DNA from: an uncultured Candidatus Bathyarchaeia archaeon
GTDB taxonomy: Archaea; Thermoproteota; Bathyarchaeia; TCS64
Assembly (NCBI GenBank): GCA_964499305.1
Contig: CAZCKR010000001.1
Span: 1 to 39,464 of the forward strand
Length of the DNA: 39,464 bases
Reading direction: 5' to 3'
Shown here: in pieces, positions 1 through 9,607 of the stretch
Position numbering within the stretch: the stretch's first letter is position 1
Layout of the letters: every line of letters starts with the position of its first letter
Program-made: the position numbers and the translations under genes
Notes under the pieces: generated by a model
Seen by the model: the letters and a program-made list of their open reading frames with translations, nothing else
Databases searched by the model: none
What the model was told of the DNA's origin: nothing

Positions 1-112
1 TCCTGCGTCTGCTCATGTTGTCTACGCCGCAGACGTCGTGGCCTCTGCCGCTGAGGTACATGCTGAGGGGCCAGCCTAGGTAGCCGTCCATTCCCATTAC
101 CATTACGTTCAT
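1..112 (-). CDS. NAD-dependent epimerase/dehydratase family protein, N-terminal fragment (UDP-sulfoquinovose synthase-like); continues past window start
   Basis: Reverse-strand ATG at 112-110 translates to MNVMVMGMDGYLGWPLSMYLSGRGHDVCGVDNMSRRR. This is a Rossmann GxxGxxG N-terminus typical of SQD1/Agl3-type SDR enzymes. Only 37 codons are visible. Confidence 0.45.
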   Translation of the reverse strand, partial: MNVMVMGMDGYLGWPLSMYLSGRGHDVCGVDNMSRRR

Positions 113-176
113 GTGTCTTTCTCCTGTAACACTATCCAGTATTGGATATTACTACTTGATGATAGTAAGTTTTTTG

Positions 177-184
177 TTTATAAA
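177..184 (+). promoter_or_regulatory. candidate TATA box (TTTATAAA) for the TrmB-family gene
   Basis: AT-rich octamer about 44 nt upstream of the ATG at 228, in a 115-bp divergent intergenic region. The spacing fits an archaeal TATA/TSS with a short leader. Confidence 0.3.
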
Positions 185-227
185 CTTATGTAGATATATG
201 GACAACCTAAACACAGGGAGGAATGCG

Positions 228-1064
228 ATGGAGCCCAAGGTCAACCAGGTAAAGTTCAGCCTCATGAACATGGGGCTCAACGAGTACCAGGCCTCAGCCC
301 TGGCCCACCTCATGTACCTGGGCGAGACCAAGGCAACCACCCTCAGCAAGGCCAGCGGCGTACCCAACGCCCGGGTGTACGGTGTGCTCGACGAGCTGAG
401 CCAGAAGGGTCTCCTCATTATGAGGCCGGGCCGCCCCGCCCTCTACGCCCCGCTCTCGCCTGAGGAGATAGCCGACGCCTTGGTATCGGTCTCCCGGGAG
501 GAGATCAGAAGGCGGCTAAGCGTCGTGGGGTCTTACCGGAGCGAGTTCGAGTCGGCCGCGGCCGAGATGTACCTGAAGGCTGGGGCGAGCGAGCAGCGGA
601 CCGGCCTAATACGCGTGGTCAGCGTCGGCGACGTCTCGATAGAGGAGACCCGCAAACTCTACAGGTCAGCCAAAGAGACGCTGCTAATCTCCACGAGGGC
701 CATGGAGTACTTCCAGCAGGTGAACGAAGACTTGGCGGACGCCCTGAACCGGGGGGTATCCGTCAAGATACTCATGAGGTCTCCGGAGAGCCTCAGCGAA
801 CCGGATAGAGAGAAACAGGATGCAATTCTCGGGGTCATCGGAGCCGCGTTTGAGGACGGATACGAGGTGAGGTTCTCTGACGAGGTGGAGATCCGTGGCT
901 GCGTCGTGGACCCTGCAGACGGCGGCATGGCGTTGTTCCTGGTGGAGGAGGAGGGGGTTCCGTTCTTCCTAAGGGAGGCGGCTCTCACGTTCCACCCCGG
1001 CGTCGCAAGGGCGCTGGGAGCCATGTTCGACCTCAAGTGGAGGTTCGACTCCAGTCCAGCTTAG
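228..1064 (+). CDS. TrmB-family transcriptional regulator
   Basis: N-terminal wHTH LNEYQASALAHLMYLGETKATTLSKASGVPNARVYGVLDELSQKGLL is typical of TrmB, followed by a TrmB-like C-terminal domain. The ORF track starts at 111, but 111-227 is AT-rich promoter-like DNA that overlaps the divergent gene. The in-frame ATG at 228 (MEPKVNQ) is preferred. Confidence 0.8.
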   Translation: MEPKVNQVKFSLMNMGLNEYQASALAHLMYLGETKATTLSKASGVPNARVYGVLDELSQKGLLIMRPGRPALYAPLSPEEIADALVSVSREEIRRRLSVVGSYRSEFESAAAEMYLKAGASEQRTGLIRVVSVGDVSIEETRKLYRSAKETLLISTRAMEYFQQVNEDLADALNRGVSVKILMRSPESLSEPDREKQDAILGVIGAAFEDGYEVRFSDEVEIRGCVVDPADGGMALFLVEEEGVPFFLREAALTFHPGVARALGAMFDLKWRFDSSPA

Positions 1065-1109
1065 CTCAGGGTTTAAATCGAGGTCTCCGTTCATCCTCAA
1101 TGATTATGC

Positions 1110-2159
1110 ATGGTGCGTTGCCCTAGCTGCGGCGAGTGGAACGACGAGGAAGCCTCGTACTGCACGAGATGCGGTAACAGCCTAGGCTCCCCCCGGCGGG
1201 ACGCGGGGTTCGACAGGCTCAGATACGATGTCGGCGCGCAGACTCTGTGGATCACGCGGATCATCGCGTACGCCATAGATTCATTCATCGTCGGCGCGCT
1301 GGGGGCGTTGCTGGCTTTACTGGCCTACGTGCCTCTGTGGGTCGGCTCCATCTTCTCGGGGGAGCTGGACTGGACGGGTGTCTGGCGGCTGCCCTTCATC
1401 CTCGGGGCGGGGCAGGTGATCTACTTCACCGCGATGGAGTACATGTACGGTGCTTCGCTGGGCAAGCAGCTTCTAGGCCTCAGGGTGGAGGCTTCAAACG
1501 GGGGTAAACCTTCCCTAGTGGCCGCCTTCATGAGAAACGTCTCCAAGATCCATGGCTTGATCCTTTTCATCGATGTCGCCATGGGTTTAGCTCTGACCGA
1601 AGACCCCCGGGACAAGTTCACCGACGGCGTCTCGGGCGCATACGTCGTGCGGGGCAGCGCAGGTCCATTGTTCCGTGGCTTCGGTATTGAGCGTTCCATC
1701 CGCCGCTCTTTTGAAGACGAGTGGGCTGAGTTCAGCGAGTGGGGTGAACGGGATGTTCTGGAGGGCGTGGGCTTCGGCGTCTTCCTCCTGGTGGTCGCCA
1801 CCATCGCGTTGAACTACCCGGGGACACACCGCGTCCTCTTCGACTGGGTCCGTGGCTGGGGCGTGTCTGGTTTGACTACTGTCCCGGGGCAGCTTCTGCC
1901 CCCGCTCTACTGGTTCTTCACCGCCATGGGGACCTGGAGCTTGATATCCGCGGTCATAAGGTACTACTCCGGGTGGAACAGCTGGCGCGCCGCCCAGGAC
2001 CTCGTGGGCGGGGTGTTCAACTTCTTCCTCGTATACCTGATCCAGCGCTACGGGACGGCGGCGTTCACCTGGAGGATGCTGTTCCCCGCCTTCCTCGTCT
2101 TCGTCGGGGCACAGGTTGTGATATCTGTGTTCGTCTACCCCTCCATGCGGCGAAGATAA
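1110..2159 (+). CDS. zinc-ribbon / RDD-family membrane protein
   Basis: N-terminal CPSCG-x13-CTRCG zinc ribbon. RDD-type region (R..AYAIDS, GASLGKQLLGLRV) and several hydrophobic helices. Confidence 0.7.
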   Translation: MVRCPSCGEWNDEEASYCTRCGNSLGSPRRDAGFDRLRYDVGAQTLWITRIIAYAIDSFIVGALGALLALLAYVPLWVGSIFSGELDWTGVWRLPFILGAGQVIYFTAMEYMYGASLGKQLLGLRVEASNGGKPSLVAAFMRNVSKIHGLILFIDVAMGLALTEDPRDKFTDGVSGAYVVRGSAGPLFRGFGIERSIRRSFEDEWAEFSEWGERDVLEGVGFGVFLLVVATIALNYPGTHRVLFDWVRGWGVSGLTTVPGQLLPPLYWFFTAMGTWSLISAVIRYYSGWNSWRAAQDLVGGVFNFFLVYLIQRYGTAAFTWRMLFPAFLVFVGAQVVISVFVYPSMRRR

Positions 2160-2198
2160 TCTTCTTATGATGACCCCGCGCTTCTCATTTGAACACAC

Positions 2199-3149
2199 AT
2201 GAAGGTCCTCGTGACAGGCGGAGCCGGCTTCATAGGCAGCCACCTGGTGGACAGGCTCATGGAGAAGGGAGATCAAGTCAGGGTCATCGACAACCTCGCC
2301 TCCGGCTCACTCGGCAACCTCGACCGATGGATAGGCCACCAAGGCTTCGAGTTCATCGAGGGAGACCTCCTCGAAAGAGACGCTTCCCTGGAGGCTGTTG
2401 AAGGGTGCAGCCAGGTGTTCCACCTCGCGGCGAACCCGGAAGTCCAGGTCAACAAGGCCGGCCCAGAGGAGCATTTCCGCCAGAACATCGAGGCGACGTA
2501 CAGCCTTCTCGAGGCCATTGCTAGACGAGGGGGTGTTGAGCATCTCGTCTTCGCCTCCACGAGCACCGTCTACGGCGAGGCAACCGTGCTGCCGACCCCC
2601 GAGGGGTATGGTCCGACGAAGCCCATATCCATGTACGGTGGCTCCAAGCTGGCCTGCGAGGCCCTGATCAGCGCCTACGCGTCCATGCACGGCTTCAAGG
2701 CCGTGACATACAGGCTGGCGAACGTCGTGGGGCCCAGGAGCAACCACGGCGTCATCTGGGACTTCGTCGGGAAACTCAGGGGAACCCCGGGGGAGCTTGA
2801 GGTGCTGGGGGACGGCACCCAGTCCAAGTCCTACCTGTACATCGATGACTGCGTCGACGGTTTCCTGAAGAGTGTAGAGTCGGTCGAGCAGGTCGCGGTG
2901 TTCAACCTTGGAAGCATGGACAGGGCCAGCGTGCTCAGGATTGCAGAGATAGTAAAGGAGGAGGCAGGACAGCCCGAAGCCAGGATACGTCTCACGGGCG
3001 GCCTAGACGGGGGGAGAGGGTGGAAGGGAGACGTCAAGCTCATGCAGCTGGACACCGCGTCTCTGCGCCGGCTCGGGTGGGCTCCCAGGTATAACAGCGA
3101 AGAAGCTGTCAGGCTGACCGCGAGAGCCGTCTCCGAGCAGAGGCGTTGA
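2199..3149 (+). CDS. NAD-dependent epimerase/dehydratase (UDP-glucose 4-epimerase-like SDR)
   Basis: VTGGAGFIGSHLVDRL Rossmann motif, STSTVYG, and catalytic YGGSK (YxxxK). Confidence 0.85.
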   Translation: MKVLVTGGAGFIGSHLVDRLMEKGDQVRVIDNLASGSLGNLDRWIGHQGFEFIEGDLLERDASLEAVEGCSQVFHLAANPEVQVNKAGPEEHFRQNIEATYSLLEAIARRGGVEHLVFASTSTVYGEATVLPTPEGYGPTKPISMYGGSKLACEALISAYASMHGFKAVTYRLANVVGPRSNHGVIWDFVGKLRGTPGELEVLGDGTQSKSYLYIDDCVDGFLKSVESVEQVAVFNLGSMDRASVLRIAEIVKEEAGQPEARIRLTGGLDGGRGWKGDVKLMQLDTASLRRLGWAPRYNSEEAVRLTARAVSEQRR

Positions 3150-3310
3150 AAGGTTTAATTCTACATGTACGACATCTAAGCTTGGTGTCTTAACTGCCCT
3201 ACTGTCCACGCTGCGGCCTAGAGACCTCGGACGACGCTGTCCACTGCCCCCGATGCGGCACCCAGATACAGTACAGTAAAGCTGCCGCGGAGCCGGAGCG
3301 GCGCGGAGCG

Positions 3311-4087
3311 GTGGAGCACCTGAAGTACGCCGTCAACCTAGCCAGAGACAAGCCCATGGTCTTCAGTCCCTCCCTCGTAGAGCTTCTCATCGCCGTCGTA
3401 ACCCAGAGGATACTTGAGTCGTGGGCCGTCTACATCGACTTCATCGACGCGTTAATGGATTACATGTACTCCAGGACAGGCGTCACGCCGGTCTCGTATG
3501 TTTCCACTGGCTTCGAGTTCGACTGCACGCGGTTCATAAGCTGGGTCCCAGCAGCCTTGATAGGGTTATCTTTGATCTCGTGGGTGGCTTCCCTGGCCTC
3601 CATAAGGGCTTCCTGGAGGGCGGTCCGCGGGGAGGAACCGATGTTTCAGGAGAGCTTCTCATATGTTGGGAGACGCATCCTGCGCTTCATGTACGTGTCC
3701 CTCCTCTCGACGACGTTTTTCGTCATAGCCTCCGGCGTGGCGGTCACCCCATTGATCTTCAGCGAATCCATTGGGTTCGGCCCTGCGTTCCTCATCTTCT
3801 TCGTGGTGATGCTCGGGCTGTTCGCCGTAGCCATCCTAGCTGCCCCCACCTTCATCGTAATGATCGGAGAAGACGAAGGGTTCGTGCCTTCGCTGAGGAA
3901 GACTGTCAGGTTCACGCGAGGCGTCTTCTGGACGTACGTGGGGCTGGGTATACTGCTTGCACTAATGTTCTTCGGGCTCAACCTAGTTCCATACGTCGGG
4001 TACTACCTCACCTTCATCCCGGGGGTCATAGGGAACATCGCCATCATTGATCTCTACAACCAGTACAGGGCGGCCAGCGAGCTCTAG
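3311..4087 (+). CDS. multi-pass membrane protein of unknown function (zinc-ribbon-coding sequence lies in frame upstream, see findings)
   Basis: GTG-started ORF with 5-6 hydrophobic segments. Codons 3194-3310 in the same frame encode CPRCG-x10-CPRCG but have no start codon. Confidence 0.6.
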   Translation: MEHLKYAVNLARDKPMVFSPSLVELLIAVVTQRILESWAVYIDFIDALMDYMYSRTGVTPVSYVSTGFEFDCTRFISWVPAALIGLSLISWVASLASIRASWRAVRGEEPMFQESFSYVGRRILRFMYVSLLSTTFFVIASGVAVTPLIFSESIGFGPAFLIFFVVMLGLFAVAILAAPTFIVMIGEDEGFVPSLRKTVRFTRGVFWTYVGLGILLALMFFGLNLVPYVGYYLTFIPGVIGNIAIIDLYNQYRAASEL

Positions 4088-4140
4088 TTTCTGTAGTCAT
4101 CCACTACTTACAAGTTATGATAAAACCTTGAAGCCAAGAC

Positions 4141-4341
4141 ATGAGCAGACAGAATTCGAGGGAACGCCGAGTGTATAACGTCGACTTGGTGATGTGCTGC
4201 TTGGTCGGCTACCTGTTTGTCTTCATCCTCGCCATCTGGGTGATCAGGAACAAGGTAGCTAGGCAGAGCGTGAAACAAGTACAGGTAGAGACGCTTCTAC
4301 CCGATGAGGTTATCCTCATGGAGGAAGAGGTCGTCGCCTAA
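4141..4341 (+). CDS. small hypothetical membrane protein
   Basis: 66-aa ORF with one clear TM helix (LVMCCLVGYLFVFILAIWVI) in an otherwise AT-rich spacer. No recognisable family. Confidence 0.3.
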   Translation: MSRQNSRERRVYNVDLVMCCLVGYLFVFILAIWVIRNKVARQSVKQVQVETLLPDEVILMEEEVVA

Positions 4342-4411
4342 GCCAGTATCTTTGCGCGTTGTATAGGCATAAACTCTTTTTCTCTGTGCTTCTTAGCCTT
4401 TGTGAGGTATC

Positions 4412-5155
4412 ATGTATTCTGAGAGTCACTGCCACCTGAGTGGGATCACAGGCGAAGGGATCGAGAAAGCGAGGAGCGACGGGTTCAGGCTGCTGTTGAC
4501 CTCCGGCATCGATCTGGACTCGTCCATCGAGGCGGTCGCCTCGGCCAAGAAGTGGGACATCGTCAAGGGGTGCGTAGGGATACACCCGTGGTACGCCGAC
4601 GAGTACACTCCAGAGGTCGACAACCGGTTCAGGGCGCTTGCCCAGGAGCCAGAGGTAGTCGCCATAAGCGAGATAGGTCTCGACTTCAAGGGCCGCATGA
4701 CCAAGGAGTGGGTCAGGGAGGATAGGTGCATCGACAGGGACATACAGATCGAGAGCTTCAGGGGCCAGCTGAGGCTAGCCAAGGAGCTGAGAATCCCGGC
4801 CATCGTCCACGACAGGGCGGAGGGGACGGAGATCATCGACATCATGCTGGAGTCCGGGAGCACGGAGACGGGGCTAGCCATCCACGGGTTCAGCAAGGAC
4901 CCGGGTTACGCCGAAACATGCGTGAACGAAGGCATCTACCTGTCGGTTGGCCTCAGGCCGTTGAAGGCCGCTGAACCCGGTTTCCTTGAGGCGGTGAAGA
5001 AACTGCCGTTGGAGCACCTCCTCACGGAGACCGACTCAAGCGATCCGCAGGGAGTCCTCACCGTCTGCGACATGATCGCGGAGATGAAGGGACTTACGAG
5101 GAAGGAAGTAGGGGAAGCGGCCACCGAGAACCTTATGAGGCTCTGTAGACTCTAG
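4412..5155 (+). CDS. tatD: TatD-family metal-dependent hydrolase/DNase
   Basis: N-terminal SHCHL metal-binding motif, GIHPW, EIGLD, HDR, and ETDS near the C-terminus. Length is typical of TatD. Confidence 0.85.
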   Translation: MYSESHCHLSGITGEGIEKARSDGFRLLLTSGIDLDSSIEAVASAKKWDIVKGCVGIHPWYADEYTPEVDNRFRALAQEPEVVAISEIGLDFKGRMTKEWVREDRCIDRDIQIESFRGQLRLAKELRIPAIVHDRAEGTEIIDIMLESGSTETGLAIHGFSKDPGYAETCVNEGIYLSVGLRPLKAAEPGFLEAVKKLPLEHLLTETDSSDPQGVLTVCDMIAEMKGLTRKEVGEAATENLMRLCRL

Positions 5156-5279
5156 CCCCTCCCTTTTTACTGTTGTATTTTACCTAAACCGTCAATTTTA
5201 TTGATTGATTCAACGTTTTTTGCCGTGAATAAACGTTATTAGTGTACGGCTATTATAGTCTTCTTTCAAGTGTTCTAAT

Positions 5280-6305
5280 TTGAGTGAGATGCTGGTCAAG
5301 GTGCTCGCGAAGTCTAGTTTCAGCAGCTTCGTGGGCGCTCTCGGCGACTACGGTGACCTTTACGCCCCGGTTAAGACTAGCGAGAAGGTACACTCGTTCA
5401 AGGAGATCGAGAGCCTCACGGACATCGACCTCTCGTACACTAGGACCATGATTCCGCCGAAAAAGTTCTTCATCCATCCAGAGGAAGTCATCTTCGAGTT
5501 CAACATCGATGAGGAACTGTATATAGAGCCGCCTGGGGGCGATGAGAGGATAGTCCTCTTCGGCGTCCACTCCTGCGACATAAACGCGTTGAACCTCCTC
5601 GCCAAGGTCTTCACAGAGGAGTTACCAGACAAATATTACTTGGAGAGGAAAGAGAGGTCCTTCATCGTCGGCGTGAGCTGCGTCCCTGACGAGTACTGTT
5701 TCTGCCACTCCACCGGGACGAGCTACGCCCAGGAAGGATTCGAGCTTTTCCTCCACGACATAGGTGACAGCTACTTCGTCCGGGTGGGGTCCCTCAAGGG
5801 CCACGAGTTCATAGCGACGCATCCAAGCCTATTCGAGGCTGCAGAGCAGAGTCACTATGACGCCTTCAAAGACGCGGAGAGGAAGATGTACGCGTCGTTC
5901 ACAAGAGAGCTAGAGATGGCTGGCCTCCAAGACCTCCTCGACATGGCGTACGAGAGCGAAGTCTGGACCGAGTACGGTGACAAGTGCCTAGGCTGCGGCT
6001 CCTGCAACCTGGTCTGCCCACGATGCCGGTGCTACGACGTCGAGGACCATATAAATCTGGACCTTAACACCGGTGAGAGGGTCCGGAAATGGTACTCATG
6101 CATGCTGAGTGAGCACGGCCTGGTAGCCGGAGGCCACAACTTCAGGCCAACGGCGCGTGAAAGGATACGGAACAGGTTCAACTGTAAGGGGAGCCTCCGC
6201 GAGGACATGCCCAACTGTGTGGGCTGCGGACGCTGCACAGTTTTCTGCCCAGCAGAAATCGACTACGTTGAGGTGATGAAGAAGGTGCGAGGTGACATCA
6301 AGTGA
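5280..6305 (+). CDS. hydB: sulfhydrogenase (group 3b NiFe hydrogenase) beta subunit, 4Fe-4S protein (AsrA-like)
   Basis: CLGCGSCNLVCPRCRC and CVGCGRCTVFCP ferredoxin-type clusters. First gene of a beta-gamma-delta-alpha operon as in Pyrococcus sulfhydrogenase. Alternative ATG start at 5289. Confidence 0.85.
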   Translation: MSEMLVKVLAKSSFSSFVGALGDYGDLYAPVKTSEKVHSFKEIESLTDIDLSYTRTMIPPKKFFIHPEEVIFEFNIDEELYIEPPGGDERIVLFGVHSCDINALNLLAKVFTEELPDKYYLERKERSFIVGVSCVPDEYCFCHSTGTSYAQEGFELFLHDIGDSYFVRVGSLKGHEFIATHPSLFEAAEQSHYDAFKDAERKMYASFTRELEMAGLQDLLDMAYESEVWTEYGDKCLGCGSCNLVCPRCRCYDVEDHINLDLNTGERVRKWYSCMLSEHGLVAGGHNFRPTARERIRNRFNCKGSLREDMPNCVGCGRCTVFCPAEIDYVEVMKKVRGDIK

Positions 6306-7183
6306 AGGTGAACCCCCTTGAGCCGATGAAGGCCAAGATCACAGAGATCGAAACGATGACTGAGATAGAGAATCTGATCACCATAAAGTTCCATGACCGC
6401 GAGTATGCGGAGAACTTCAGCTACATGCCGGGCCAGTTCGTGACGCTCGGGGTCATGGGCGTCGGGGAGGCCCCCATAAGCATATGCACCGCCCAGAACG
6501 ATGAGCTTGAGCTAGAGTTCTGCATAAGGAACGCAGGAAGGGTGACGAACGCCATCCACAACCTAAAGGTGGGCGACACGGTGTGGGGCAGAGGTCCCTA
6601 CGGGAACGGCTTCCCCATGGACGTGTACGAGGGAAACGATCTCCTGCTCATCGCCGGTGGCCTCGGCATCGCCCCCATACGAGGGGTTCTCCAGTACGCC
6701 CTGCAGAACAGGGAGAAGTACGGCGATATATCCGTCCTCTACGGCGTACGTTGCTACGATCTGATGCTGTTCAAGGACGACATGTTGGACTACTTCAGGA
6801 ACGGTGACAGGCACGGCGTCAAGTTTTACCTGAGCTACGAGGACAAGGAAGACCAGGTCTGCTACGGGCTGGAGTGTGAGAGAGACGACAGATGCATGTA
6901 CGGCATGGTGACGGACCTGTTCAAGAAGATCGACCGTCCATCGAAGAAGACCTACGCGATAATAGGCGGCCCGCCGATCATGTACAAGTTCACCATCATG
7001 CAGCTGGAGAAACTGAACTTCAGGCCCGAAAGAGTCTACATGACGTTAGAGAGGCGGATGCGCTGCGGAGTCGGCCAGTGCGGACACTGTATAGTGGGCA
7101 CAGGGAAGAGCATCAAGTACGTCTGCAAGGACGGCCCGGTGTTCACGCTCTGGGACGCCATGAACACAAAGGGGATGATCTAG
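6302..7183 (+). CDS. hydG: sulfhydrogenase gamma subunit (FAD/NAD(P)-binding, 2Fe-2S; AsrB-like)
   Basis: Ferredoxin-reductase-type fold (PGQFV, GGLGIAP) and C-terminal CGVGQCGHC...C cluster. GTG start overlaps the hydB stop (GTGA). Confidence 0.85.
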   Translation: MKVNPLEPMKAKITEIETMTEIENLITIKFHDREYAENFSYMPGQFVTLGVMGVGEAPISICTAQNDELELEFCIRNAGRVTNAIHNLKVGDTVWGRGPYGNGFPMDVYEGNDLLLIAGGLGIAPIRGVLQYALQNREKYGDISVLYGVRCYDLMLFKDDMLDYFRNGDRHGVKFYLSYEDKEDQVCYGLECERDDRCMYGMVTDLFKKIDRPSKKTYAIIGGPPIMYKFTIMQLEKLNFRPERVYMTLERRMRCGVGQCGHCIVGTGKSIKYVCKDGPVFTLWDAMNTKGMI

Positions 7184-7184
7184 G

Positions 7185-7952
7185 GTGAAGCCGAGAGTAG
7201 GAATATTCAGTCTCACAGGCTGCGCCGGCGACCAGCTCCAGATACTCAACATGGAGGACGAGCTGCTCGACCTAGTCAGCCACATCCATATCGTGGACTT
7301 CCAGGAGGGAAGCAGCTACAAGGAGGAGGGCCCCGTCGACATCGCCTTCGTTGAGGGCAGCGTGTCCACAGAGACAGACCTCAAGCATCTGAAGGAGATA
7401 CGTGAACGCAGCAAGGTCCTCATAGCCTTCGGGAACTGCGCCGTCGAGGGCGGCATACAGGCCATGAGGAACGATGAGGGCTCCATCGACGGAAGGCTGA
7501 AAGAGGTCTACGGCGTCGAGCCAGGGTTCTTCGACGCCAGGCTCAGCAAGCCGCTGAGCGAGTACGTCGACGTAGACCTCGACATACCCGGCTGCCCCGT
7601 CGAGAAAGAAGAGACCCTCAGAGCCATAACGTCGCTGCTCCACGGCGATACCCCGCTAAGGTTCACTTACCCGGTGTGCGTGGAGTGTAAGCTCAACGAG
7701 TACCCCTGCGTCATAGTCGAGAGCGGAAAGCCATGCCTAGGGCCGGTAATCAGGGCTGGCTGCGATGCAAGGTGCCCAGGCTTGGGGCTGGACTGCATCG
7801 GCTGCAGGGGACCCGTCGACTCAGCCAGCGGCTTCGCGTCAGAGTACAGCATGTTACTGGAGAAGGGATACAGCAAGGAGTTCATCCTCAACAGGCTCCG
7901 CGTCTTCAGCGGAGAGGTGAAGGAAGACTTCCTGGGAGGCGACCAGCGATGA
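7185..7952 (+). CDS. hydD: sulfhydrogenase delta subunit (NiFe hydrogenase small subunit)
   Basis: LTGCAGDQ, GxCA, PGCP and C-terminal Cys clusters typical of F420-non-reducing/3b small subunits. Confidence 0.85.
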   Translation: MKPRVGIFSLTGCAGDQLQILNMEDELLDLVSHIHIVDFQEGSSYKEEGPVDIAFVEGSVSTETDLKHLKEIRERSKVLIAFGNCAVEGGIQAMRNDEGSIDGRLKEVYGVEPGFFDARLSKPLSEYVDVDLDIPGCPVEKEETLRAITSLLHGDTPLRFTYPVCVECKLNEYPCVIVESGKPCLGPVIRAGCDARCPGLGLDCIGCRGPVDSASGFASEYSMLLEKGYSKEFILNRLRVFSGEVKEDFLGGDQR

Positions 7953-9229
7953 CGCGTAGACTGACGGTGGACGAGCTCACACGGGTGGAGGGACACGGCG
8001 GCGTCGAGGTAATGCTCGACGGCAGCGAGGTGAAGGACGTCAAGTTCAACGTCTTCGAGGGGCCCCGGTTCTTCGAGAGCATAATCAAGACGGTCCACTA
8101 CGAGAAGATACCCGACATGACCCGCCGGATATGCGCCATATGCACGGCGAGCCACAGCCTGGCGTCCATCGGCGCCATAGAGAACGCCTTCAACGTCGAG
8201 AACACGCCTCAGACCGAGCTGCTGCGAGACCTGCTGATACACGGCGAGAGTATAGAGAGCCACGCCCTCCACGTCTACATGCTTGCGCTCCCCGACTTCC
8301 TGGGCTACCCTGACGCCATCGCCATGTCCGCGGACCATATGGACGCCGTGAAGAACGCGCTAGCCCTCAAGAAGACGGGGAACATGATCCACACAACTCT
8401 GAGCGGGCGAGACGTTCACGGCATGAACGAGCGGGTCGGAGGCTTCTCCAAGGCGCCCACCGAGGAAGCACTCACCGAGGTGAAGAAGATGCTGGAGAAG
8501 GTGCAGCCTGCGGCTGAGCTGGCCGTCGAGCTCTTCAAAGGCTTCGAGCTTCCCGCCTTCAACGAGTCAGATAACGTCCATATGGCCATCGATCCGGGTG
8601 AAAGGTTCGGGTACCTCGGCACACACGTGCTGGTCTCAGGCGGAGAGAGACACCCGCAAGAGGACTACGAGAAACTGACCAACGAGAAAGTGTACAGACA
8701 CAGCTACGCCAAGCACTCGACGTACAGCGGAGGCCCGTTCATGGTCGGCGCTCTCCCCCGAGTCCAATTAAATCATGACAAGCTAATTGGAACAGCGTGG
8801 GAGCTGTACAGGGAGCACAGCGACATGGCCGATCAGCGGAACACGCTGAGTAACAACTTCTGCCAAGCGCTGGAGCTCGTCCACGACGTGGAGAGAGGCA
8901 TAGAGGTCATAGACACGCTGCTGGGTAACGGACTAGAGGAGGAGGGAATCGCCGAGGTCGAGGTCCATGAGGGCAGAGGGATAAACGCCGTCGAGGCTCC
9001 GCGTGGCCTGCTATACCACGATTACAGCTTCGACGAAGACGGCTGCATAACCAAGGCTAACATAATAACGCCGACGGCCCAGAACGCCGCCAACATCGAG
9101 AAGGACATACGCGTGATAGCGAGTAACCATGTGGGCGAAGACGCCGAGCTCATGAACAACATCGAGGTAATGATTAGGGCTTACGACCCATGCATCTCAT
9201 GCTCGGTCCACCTCGTAAGGCTGAGATAG
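7949..9229 (+). CDS. hydA: sulfhydrogenase alpha subunit (NiFe large catalytic subunit)
   Basis: RVEGHG, L1-type RICAICTASH, and C-terminal DPCISCSVH followed by a short cleavable tail. ATG at 7949 overlaps the hydD stop (ATGA). The track's 7733 start would overlap hydD by 220 nt and is rejected. Confidence 0.9.
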   Translation: MTRRLTVDELTRVEGHGGVEVMLDGSEVKDVKFNVFEGPRFFESIIKTVHYEKIPDMTRRICAICTASHSLASIGAIENAFNVENTPQTELLRDLLIHGESIESHALHVYMLALPDFLGYPDAIAMSADHMDAVKNALALKKTGNMIHTTLSGRDVHGMNERVGGFSKAPTEEALTEVKKMLEKVQPAAELAVELFKGFELPAFNESDNVHMAIDPGERFGYLGTHVLVSGGERHPQEDYEKLTNEKVYRHSYAKHSTYSGGPFMVGALPRVQLNHDKLIGTAWELYREHSDMADQRNTLSNNFCQALELVHDVERGIEVIDTLLGNGLEEEGIAEVEVHEGRGINAVEAPRGLLYHDYSFDEDGCITKANIITPTAQNAANIEKDIRVIASNHVGEDAELMNNIEVMIRAYDPCISCSVHLVRLR

Positions 9230-9287
9230 CCTTCACAAATTCTTCTACCCTTGACTGCTTTTCAAACGGTTTACAATCGACCGATCA

Positions 9288-9569
9288 ATGGCTTTGATGG
9301 AATTGACCGCCACCAGTGAACCAACCCCTATACGTGGCTTCATGATAGGTTTCTTGGGGATCATTCTATCCACAGGGCTTTTGATGGCGAGCCTCTGGCA
9401 CATCGAGATAGCGTCCGCGTTCCCTGGCGATGTGTTCGATTTTCCGTTCTACCTGTGGAGGGTGAACAAGTGGTGGGCGAGGGACTTCTGGTACCTCATC
9501 AACGTGATCTCTTGGGTGCTCGCGGTGCTTTCGACGGCGTCAATCGTCAGGACGCACCACAGAAAGTAA
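9288..9569 (+). CDS. hypothetical small membrane protein
   Basis: 93-aa ORF with 3 hydrophobic segments. No family recognised. Confidence 0.4.
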   Translation: MALMELTATSEPTPIRGFMIGFLGIILSTGLLMASLWHIEIASAFPGDVFDFPFYLWRVNKWWARDFWYLINVISWVLAVLSTASIVRTHHRK

Positions 9570-9607
9570 AGGTTAATTCACGCCGTCACCGTCTTTGTCT
9601 GTCTGAG

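Noticed and set aside
5205-5240. Two AACGTT palindromes 20 nt apart in the hydrogenase operon promoter, as a possible regulator site (SurR-like).
   Set aside because: They do not match the GTT-N3-AAC SurR motif. AACGTT occurs several more times in unrelated places in the window, so the signal is too weak.
7733-7948. N-terminal extension of the hydrogenase large subunit (track start 7733).
   Set aside because: It would overlap hydD by more than 200 nt and translates to Arg/Gly-rich junk. The conserved N-terminus (MTRRLTVDELTRVEGHGG) begins at the ATG at 7949, which forms an ATGA overlap with the hydD stop.
7949-9229. Ala instead of Gly in the NiFe L1 motif (RICAIC rather than RxCGxC).
   Set aside because: This is a conservative change outside the Ni-ligating cysteines. 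All four ligand cysteines and the C-terminal DPCxxCxxH are intact, so there is no reason to suspect an inactive enzyme.
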